64,000 nt of DNA from the NCBI GenBank assembly GCA_964016885.1, contig OZ024742.1, positions 377,704,001 through 377,768,000 of the forward strand. Reading direction: 5' to 3'. Shown here in pieces: positions 53,601-64,000 of this stretch (position 1 is the stretch's first letter; each line of letters opens with the position of its first letter). Below the pieces are notes generated by a model. That model searched no databases. It saw only the letters and a program-made list of their open reading frames with translations, and had not been told where the DNA came from. Position numbers and translations under genes: made by a program. This stretch comes from Eledone cirrhosa (Eukaryota).

Positions 53601-56600
53601 TGTCACTTGTTAAACTATCTCTACAGAAGACTAGAACATATTTCTACTTATGTCACTTGTTAAACTATCTCTACAGAAGACTAGAACATATTTCCTCTTC
53701 TGTCACTTGTTAAACTATCTCTACAGAAGACTAGAATGTATTTCTATTTCTGTCACACGTTAAACTATCTCTACAGAAGACTAGATCATATTTCTACTTC
53801 TATCACTTGTTAAACTATCTCTACAGAAGACTGGAACATAATTCTACTTCTGTCACTCGTTAAACTATCTCTACAGAAGACTAGAACCTATTACTACTAC
53901 TGGCACTTGTTAAACTATCTCTACAGAAGACTAGAACATATTTCTACTTCTGTCACTCGTTAACCTATCTCTACAGAAGACTAGAACATATTTCTTCTTC
54001 TGTCACGCGTTGAACTATCTCTACAGAAGACTAGAACATACTTCTACTTCTGTCACTTGTTAAACTATCTCTACAGAAGACTAGAACATAATTCTACTTC
54101 TTTCACTTGTTAAACTATCTCTACAGAAGACTAGAACATAATTCTACTTCTTTCACTTGTTAAACTATCTCTACAGAAGACTAGAACATAGTTCTACTTC
54201 TGTCACTTGTTAAACTATCTCTACAGAAGACTAGAACATAATTCTACTTCTTTCACTTGTTAAACTATCTCTACAGAAGACTAGAACATAATTCTACTTC
54301 TTTCACTTGTTAAACTATCTCTACAGAAGACTAGAACATAATTCTACTTCTGTCACTTGTTAAACTATCTCTACAGAAGACTAGAACATAATTCTACTTC
54401 TGTCACTTGTTAAACTATCTCTACGGAAGACTAGAACTAATTTCTACTTCTGTCAGTTGTTAAACTATCACTAAAGAAGACTTGAACATATTTCTACTTC
54501 TGTCACTTGTTAAACTATCTCTACAGAAGACTAGAACATAGAATATATTTCTGCTTCTGTCACTTGTTAAAGTATCTCTACAGAAGACTAGAACATATTA
54601 CTACTTCTGTCACTTGTTAAACTATCTCTACAGAAGACTAGAACATATTTCTACTACTGTCCCTTGTTAAACTCTCTCTACAGAAGACTAGAACATATTT
54701 CTACTACTGTCCCTTGTTAAACTATCTCTACAGAAGACTAGAACATATTTCTACTTCTGTCACTTGTTAAACTATCTCTACAGAAGACTAGAACGTAGAA
54801 CATATTTCTACTCCTGTCACTTGTTAAACTATCTCTACAGAAGTCTAAATCATATTTCTACTTCTGTCACTTGTTAAACTATCTCTAAAGAAGACAAAAC
54901 ATAATTCTACTTCTTTCACTTGTTAAACTATCTCTACAGAAGACTAGAACATAATTCTACTACTGTCACTTGTTAAACTATCTCTACAGAAGACTAGAAC
55001 ATAATTCTACTTCTTTCACTTGTTAAACTATCTCTACAGAAGACTAGAACATAATTCTACTTCTGTCACTTGTTAAACTATCTCTACAGAAGACTAGAAC
55101 TAATTTCTACTTCTGTCAGTTGTTAAACTATCTCTACAGAAGACTAGAACATATTTCCTCTTCTGTCACTTGTTAAACTATCTCTACAGAAGACTAGAAC
55201 ATAATTCTAATTCTGTCACTTGTTAAACTATCTCTGCAGAAGACTAGAACAAATTTCTTCTTCTGTCACTTGTGAAACTATCTCTACAGAAGACTGGAAC
55301 ATAATTCTACTTCTGTCACTCGTTAAACTATCTCTACAGAAGACTAGAACCTATTACTATTACTGGCACTTGTTAAACTCTCTCTACAGAAGACTAGAAC
55401 AAATTTCTTCTTCTGTCACTTGTTAAACTATCTCTACTGAAGACTAGAACATATTTCTACTCCTGTCACTTGTTAAACTATCTCAACAGAAGACTAGAAA
55501 ATATTTCTACATCTGTCACGCGTTAAACTATCTCTACAGAAGACTAGAACATATTCTACTTCTGTCACTTGTTAATCTATATCAACAGATGACTAGAACA
55601 AATCTTACTTCTGTCACTTGTTAAACTATCTCTACAGAATACTAGAACATATGTCTACTTCTGTCACTTGTTAAACTATCTCTACAGAAGACTAGAACAT
55701 ATTTCCTCTTCTGTCACTTGTTAAACTATCTCTACAGAAGACTAGAATGTATTTCTATTTCTGTCACACGTTAAACTATCTCTACAGAAGACTAGAACAT
55801 ATTTCTACTTCTATCACTTGTTAAACTATCTCTACAGAAGACTGGAACATAATTCTACTTCTGTCACTCGTTAAACTATCTCTACAGAAGACTAGAACCT
55901 ATTACTACTACTGGCACTTGTTAAACTATCTCTACAGAAGACTAGAACATATTTCTACTTCTGTCACTCGTTAACCTATCTCTACAGAAGACTAGAACAT
56001 ATTTCTTCTTCTGTCACGCGTTGAACTATCTCTACAGAAGACTAGAACATACTTCTAATTCTGTCACTTGTTAAACTATCTCTACAGAAGACTAGAACAT
56101 AATTCTACTTCTTTCACTTGTTAAACTATCTCTACAGAAGACTAGAACATAATTCTACTTCTTTCACTTGTTAAACTATCTCTACAGAAGACTAGAACAT
56201 AGTTCTACTTCTGTCACTTGTTAAACTATCTCTACAGAAGACTAGAACATAATTCTACTTCTTTCACTTGTTAAACTATCTCTACAGAAGACTAGAACAT
56301 AATTCTACTTCTTTCACTTGTTAAACTATCTCTACAGAAGACTAGAACATAATTCTACTTCTGTCACTTGTTAAACTATCTCTACAGAAGACTAGAACAT
56401 AATTCTACTTCTGTCACTTGTTAAACTATCTCTACGGAAGACTAGAACTAATTTCTACTTCTGTCAGTTGTTAAACTATCACTAAAGATGACTTGAACAT
56501 ATTTCTACTTCTGTCACTTGTTAAACTATCTCTACAGAAGACTAGAACATAGAATATATTTCTGCTTCTGTCACTTGTTAAAGTATCTCTACAGAAGACT

Positions 56601-59600
56601 AGAACATATTACTACTTCTGTCACTTGTTAAACTATCTCTACAGAAGACTAGAACATATTTCTACTACTGTCCCTTGTTAAACTCTCTCTACAGAAGACT
56701 AGAACATATTTCTACTACTGTCCCTTGTTAAACTATCTCTACAGAAGACTAGAACATATTTCTACTTCTGTCACTTGTTAAACTATCTCTACAGAAGACT
56801 AGAACGTAGAACATATTTCTACTCCTGTCACTTGTTAAACTATCTCTACAGAAGTCTAAATCATATTTCTACTTCTGTCACTTGTTAAACTATCTCTAAA
56901 GAAGACAAAACATAATTCTACTTCTTTCACTTGTTAAACTATCTCTACAGAAGACTAGAACATAATTCTACTACTGTCACTTGTTAAACTATCTCTACAG
57001 AAGACTAGAACATAATTCTACTTCTTTCACTTGTTAAACTATCTCTACAGAAGACTAGAACATAATTCTACTTCTGTCACTTGTTAAACTATCTCTACAG
57101 AAGACTAGAACTAATTTCTACTTCTGTCAGTTGTTAAACTATCACTAAAGAAGACTTGAACATATTTCTACTTCTGTCACTTGTTAAACTATCTCTACAG
57201 AAGACTAGAACATAGAACATATTTCTGCTTATGTCACTTGTTAAACTATCTCTACATAAGACTAGAACATAGAACATATTTCTACTTCTGTCACTTGTTA
57301 AACTATCTCTACAGAAGACTAAAACATATTTCTACTTCTGTCACTTGTTAAACTATCTCTACAGAAGACTAGAACATAATTCTACTTCTTTCACTTGTTA
57401 AACTATCTCTACAGAAGACTAGAACATATTTCTACTTCTGTCACTTGTTAAACTATCTCTACAGAAGACTAGAACATATTTCTACTTCTGTCACTTGTTA
57501 CACTATCTCTAAAGAAGACTAGAACGTAGAACATATTTCTACTTCTGTCACTTGTTAAACTATCTCTACAGAAGACTAAATCATATTTCTACTTCTGTCA
57601 CTTGTTAAACTATCTCTACAGAACACAAAACATAATTCTACTTCTTTCACTTGTTAAACTATCTCTACAGAAGACTAGAACATACTCCTACTTCTTTCAC
57701 TTGTTAAACTATCTCTACAGATGACTAGAACATAATTCTACTTCTGTCACTTGTTAAACTATCTCTACAGAAGACTAGAACTAATTTCTACTTCTGTCAG
57801 TTGTTAAACTATCACTAAAGAAGACTTGAACATATTTCTACTTCTGTCACTTGTTAAACTATCTCTACAGAAGACTAGAACATAGAACATATTTCTGCTT
57901 CTGTCACTTGTTAAACTATCTCTACAGAAGACTAGAACGTACAACATATTTCTACTTCTGTCACTTGTTAAACTATCTCTACAGAAGACTAGAACATAGA
58001 ACATATTTCTACTTCTGTCACTTGTTAAACTATCTCTATAGAAGACTAAAACATATTTCTACTTCTGTCACTTGTTAAACTATCTCTACAGAAGACTAGA
58101 ACATAATTCTAGTTCTTTCACTTATTAAACTATCTCTAAAGAAGACTAGAACATAATTCTACTTCTTTCACTTGTTGAACTATCTCTACAGAAGACTAGA
58201 ACATAATTCTTCTTCTGTCACTTGTTAAACTATCTCTACAGAAGACTAGAACTAATTTCTACTTCTGTCAGTTGTTAAACTATGACTAAAGAAGACTTGA
58301 ACATATTTCTACTTCTGTCACTTGTTAAACTATCTCTACAGAAGACTAGAACATAGAACATATTTCTGCTTCTGTCACTTGTTAAACTATCTCTACAGAA
58401 GACTAGAACATACAACATATTTCTACTTCTGTCACATGTTAAACTATCTCTACATAAGACTAAAACATATTTCTACTTCTGTCACTTGTTAAACTATCTC
58501 TACAGAAGACTAGAACATAATTCTACTTCTTTCACTTGTTAAACTATCTCTACAGAAGACTAGAACATATTTCTACTTCTGTCACTTGTTAAACTATCTC
58601 TACAGAAGACTAGAACATATTTCTACTTCTGTCACTTGTTAAACTATCTCTACAGACAACTAGAACATAGAACATATTTCTACTTCTGTCACTTGTTAAA
58701 CTATCTCTACAGAAGACTAGAACATATTCTACTTCTGTCACTTGTTAATCTATATCAACAGATGACTAGAACAAATCTTACTTCTGTCACTTGTTAAACT
58801 ATCTCTACAGAATACTAGAACATATTTCTACTTCTGTCACTTGTTAAACTATCTCTACAGAAGACTAGAACATATTTCTTCTTCTGTCACTTGTTCAACT
58901 ATCTCTACAGAAGACTAGAACATATTTCCTCTTCTGTCACTTGTTAAACTATCTCTACAGAAGACTAGAACATATTTCTACTACTGTCACTTGTTAAACT
59001 ATCTCTACAGAAGACTAGAACATATTTCTACTTATGTCACTTGTTAAACTATCTCTACAGAAGACTAGAACATATTTCCTCTTCTGTCACTTGTTAAACT
59101 ATCTCTACAGAAGACTAGAATGTATTTCTATTTCTGTCACACGTTAAACTATCTCTACAGAAGACTAGATCATATTTCTACTTCTATCACTTGTTAAACT
59201 ATCTCTACAGAAGACTGGAACATAATTCTACTTCTGTCACTCGTTAAACTATCTCTACAGAAGACTAGAACCTATTACTACTACTGGCACTTGTTAAACT
59301 ATCTCTACAGAAGACTAGAACATATTTCTACTTCTGTCACTCGTTAACCTATCTCTACAGAAGACTAGAACATATTTCTTCTTCTGTCACGCGTTGAACT
59401 ATCTCTACAGAAGACTAGAACATACTTCTACTTCTGTCACTTGTTAAACTATCTCTACAGAAGACTAGAACATAATTCTACTTCTTTCACTTGTTAAACT
59501 ATCTCTACAGAAGACTAGAACATAATTCTACTTCTTTCACTTGTTAAACTATCTCTACAGAAGACTAGAACATAGTTCTACTTCTGTCACTTGTTAAACT

Positions 59601-62600
59601 ATCTCTACAGAAGACTAGAACATAATTCTACTTCTTTCACTTGTTAAACTATCTCTACAGAAGACTAGAACATAATTCTACTTCTTTCACTTGTTAAACT
59701 ATCTCTACAGAAGACTAGAACATAATTCTACTTCTGTCACTTGTTAAACTATCTCTACAGAAGACTAGAACATAATTCTACTTCTGTCACTTGTTAAACT
59801 ATCTCTACGGAAGACTAGAACTAATTTCTACTTCTGTCAGTTGTTAAACTATCACTAAAGAAGACTTGAACATATTTCTACTTCTGTCACTTGTTAAACT
59901 ATCTCTACAGAAGACTAGAACATAGAATATATTTCTGCTTCTGTCACTTGTTAAAGTATCTCTACAGAAGACTAGAACATATTACTACTTCTGTCACTTG
60001 TTAAACTATCTCTACAGAAGACTAGAACATATTTCTACTACTGTCCCTTGTTAAACTCTCTCTACAGAAGACTAGAACATATTTCTACTACTGTCCCTTG
60101 TTAAACTATCTCTACAGAAGACTAGAACATATTTCTACTTCTGTCACTTGTTAAACTATCTCTACAGAAGACTAGAACGTAGAACATATTTCTACTCCTG
60201 TCACTTGTTAAACTATCTCTACAGAAGTCTAAATCATATTTCTACTTCTGTCACTTGTTAAACTATCTCTAAAGAAGACAAAACATAATTCTACTTCTTT
60301 CACTTGTTAAACTATCTCTACAGAAGACTAGAACATAATTCTACTACTGTCACTTGTTAAACTATCTCTACAGAAGACTAGAACATAATTCTACTTCTTT
60401 CACTTGTTAAACTATCTCTACAGAAGACTAGAACATAATTCTACTTCTGTCACTTGTTAAACTATCTCTACAGAAGACTAGAACATAGAACATATTTCTG
60501 CTTATGTCACTTGTTAAACTATCTCTACATAAGACTAGAACATAGAACATATTTCTACTTCTGTCACTTGTTAAACTATCTCTACAGAAGACTAAAACAT
60601 ATTTCTACTTCTGTCACTTGTTAAACTATCTCTACAGAAGACTAGAACATAATTCTACTTCTTTCACTTGTTAAACTATCTCTACAGAAGACTAGAACAT
60701 ATTTCTACTTCTGTCACTTGTTAAACTATCTCTACAGAAGACTAGAACATATTTCTACTTCTGTCACTTGTTACACTATCTCTACAGAAGACTAGAACGT
60801 AGAACATATTTCTACTTCTGTCACTTGTTAAACTATCTCTACAGAACACAAAACATAATTCTACTTCTTTCACTTGTTAAACTATCTCTACAGAAGACTA
60901 GAACATAATTCTACTTCTTTCACTTGTTAAACTATCTCTACAGAAGACTAGAACATAATTCTACTTCTGTCACTTGTTAAACTATCTCTACAGAAGACTA
61001 GAACATACTCCTACTTCTTTCACTTGTTAAACTATCTCTACAGAAGACTAGAACATAATTCTACTTCTGTCACTTGTTAAACTATCTCTACAGAAGACTA
61101 GAACTAATTTCTACTTCTGTCAGTTGTTAAACTATCACTAAAGAAGACTTGAACATATTTCTACTTCTGTCACTTGTTAAACTATCTCTACAGAAGACTA
61201 GAACATAGAACATATTTCTGCTTCTGTCACTTGTTAAACTATCTCTACAGAAGACTAGAACGTACAACATATTTCTACTTCTGTCACTTGTTAAACTATC
61301 TCTACAGAAGACTAGAACATAATTCTACTTCTTTCACTTGTTAAACTATCTCTACAGAAGACTAGAACATATTTCTACTTCTGTCACTTGTTAAACTATC
61401 TCTACAGAAGACTAGAACATAATTCTACTTCTGTCACTTGTTAAACTATCTCTACAGAAGACTAGAACATAGAACATATTTCTACTTCTGTCACTTGTTA
61501 AACTATCTCTACAGAAGACTAAAACATATTTCTACTTCTTTGTTAAACTATCTCTACAGAAGACTAGAACATAATTCTAGTTCTTTCACTTATTAAACTA
61601 TCTCTAAAGAAGACTAGAACATAATTCTACTTCTTTCACTTGTTGAACTATCTCTACAGAAGACTAGAACATAATTCTACTTCTGTCACTTGTTAAACTA
61701 TCTCTACAGAAGACTAGAACTAATTTCTACTTCTGTCAGTTGTTAAACTATCACTAAAGAAGACTTGAACATATTTCTACTTCTGTCACTTGTTAAACTA
61801 TCTCTACAGAAGACTAGAACATAGAACATATTTCTGCTTCTGTCACTTGTTAAACTATCTCTACAGAAGACTAGAACATACAACATATTTCTACTTCTGT
61901 CACATGTTAAACTATCTCTACATAAGACTAAAACATATTTCTACTTCTGTCACTTGTTAAACTATCTCTACAGAAGACTAGAACATAATTCTACTTCTTT
62001 CACTTGTTAAACTATCTCTACAGAAGACTAGAACATATTTCTACTTCTGTCACTTGTTAAACTATCTCTACAGAAGACTAGAACATATTTCTACTTCTGT
62101 CACTTGTTAAACTATCTCTACAGACAACTAGAACATAGAACATATTTCTACTTCTGTCACTTGTTAAACTATCTCTACAGAAGACTAGAACATAATTCTA
62201 CTTCTTTCACTTGTTAAACTATCTCTACAGAAGACTAGAACATATTTCTACTTCTGTCACTTGTTAAACTATCTCTACAGAAGACTAGAACATATTTCTA
62301 CATCTGTCACTTGTTAAACTATCTCTACAGAAGACTAGAACGTAGAACATATTTCTACTTCTGTCACTTGTTAAACTATCTCTACAGAAGACTAAATCAT
62401 ATTTCTACTTCTGTCACTTGTTAAACTATCTCTACAGAACACAAAACATAATTCTACTTCTTTCACCTGTTAAACTATCTCTACAGAAGACTAGAACATA
62501 ATTCTACTTCTTTCACTAGTTAAACTATCTCTACAGAAGACTAGAACATAATTCTACTTCTGTCACTTGTTAAACTATCTCTACAGAAGACTAGAACATA

Positions 62601-64000
62601 CTTCTACTTCTTTCACTTGTTAAACTATCTCTACAGAAGACTAGAACATAATTCTACTTCTGTCACTTGTTAAACTATCTCTACAGAAGACTAGAACATA
62701 GAACATATTTCTACTTCTGTCACTTGTTAAACTATCTCTACAGAAGACTAAAACATATTTCTACTTCTGTCACTTGTTAAACTATCTCTACAGAAGACTA
62801 GAACATAATTCTACTTCTTTCACTTGTTAAACTATCTCTACAGAAGACTAGAACATAATTCTACTTCTTTCACTTGTTAAACTATCTCTACAGAAGACTA
62901 GAACATAATTCTACTTCTGTCACTTGTTAAACTATCTCTACAGAAGACTAGAACTAATTTCTACTTCTGTCAGTTGTTAAACTATCACTAAAGAAGACTT
63001 GAACATATTTCTGCTTCTGTCACTTGTTAAACTATCTCTACAGAAGACTAGAACATAGAACATATTTCTGCTTCTGTCACTTGTTAAACTATCTCTACAG
63101 AAGACTAGAACATACAACATATTTCTACTTCTGTCACTTGTTAATCTATCTCTACAGAAGACTAAAACATATTTCTACTTCTGTCACTTGTTAAACTATC
63201 TCTACAGAAGACTAGATCATAATTCTACTTCTTTCACTTGTTAAACTATCTCTACAGAAGACTAGAACATATTTCTACTTCTGTCACTTGTTAAACTATC
63301 TCTACAGAAGACTAGAACATATTTCTACTTCTGTCACTTGTTAAACTATCTCTACAGAAGACTATAACGTAGAACATATTTCTACTTCTGTCACTTGTTA
63401 AACTATCTCTACAGAAGACTAAATCATATTTCTACTTCTGTCACTTGTAAAACTATCTCTACAGAAGACAAAACATAATTCTACTTCTTTCACTTGTTAA
63501 ACTATCTCTACAGAAGACTAGAACATAATTCTACTTCTGTCACTTGTTAAACTATCTCTACAGAAGACTAGAACATAATTCTACTTCTTTCACTTGTTAA
63601 ACTATCTCTACAGAAGACTAGAACATAATTCTACTTCTTTCACTTGTTAAACTATCTCTACAGAAGACTAGAACATAATTCTACTTCTGTCACTTGTTAA
63701 ACTATCTCTACAGAAGACTAGAACATAGAACATATTTCTACTTCTGTCACTGGTTAAACTATCTCTACAGAAGACTAAAACATATTTCTACTTCTGTCAC
63801 TTGTTAAACTATCTCTACAGAAGACTAGAACAGAATTCTACTTCTTTCACTTGTTAAACTATCTCTACAGAAGACTAGAACATAATTCTACTTCTTACAC
63901 TTGTTAAACTATCTCTACAGAAGACTAGAACATTATTCTACTTCTTTCACTTGTTAAACTATCTCTACAGAAGACTCGAACATAATTCTACTTCTGTCAC
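32616..64000. repeat. 50-bp tandem satellite, consensus AGAACATATTTCTACTTCTGTCACTTGTTAAACTATCTCTACAGAAGACT; roughly 625 monomers; runs off the right edge
   Basis: 50-bp periodicity read directly, with 49- and 55-bp indel variants; recurrent variant blocks give kb-scale higher-order repeats. Confidence 0.98.

Noticed and set aside
42370-58078. Repeated 66-75 aa ORFs (MLNYLYRRLE...) or a coding tandem domain such as C2H2 fingers
   Set aside because: The 50-bp unit is not a multiple of 3, contains stops, and the ORFs start at non-ATG codons; chance stop-free stretches.
32616-64000. CRISPR array (palindromic repeats at regular spacing)
   Set aside because: The linkers are conserved rather than unique spacers; no cas genes; eukaryotic context.

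Overview
Eukaryotic, repeat-dominated window. The SINE families suggest an octopus or other coleoid cephalopod (inference). No intact host protein-coding gene is visible. Three zones: (1) 1-7130, a (CCACA)n pentamer satellite with internal block duplications. (2) 7131-32615, a retroelement-rich island: a full-length intact R4/Dong-clade LINE (1216 aa; RT, CCHC, RLE endonuclease) followed by two 5'-truncated Dong-like elements stacked in TAA microsatellites, an RTE fragment, two decayed Penelope-like elements (Neptune-like, and Naiad-like with direct plus inverted pseudo-LTRs), several hammerhead ribozyme motifs and about 11 tRNA-derived SINEs. (3) ~32616-64000, a >31 kb array of a 50-bp satellite with an internal dyad and shifting higher-order periods. 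Best leads: a possibly multi-pseudoknotted 5' UTR on the intact Dong element, a conserved 3' stem-loop shared by the Dong copies, the hammerhead cluster, and the palindromic 50-bp satellite.
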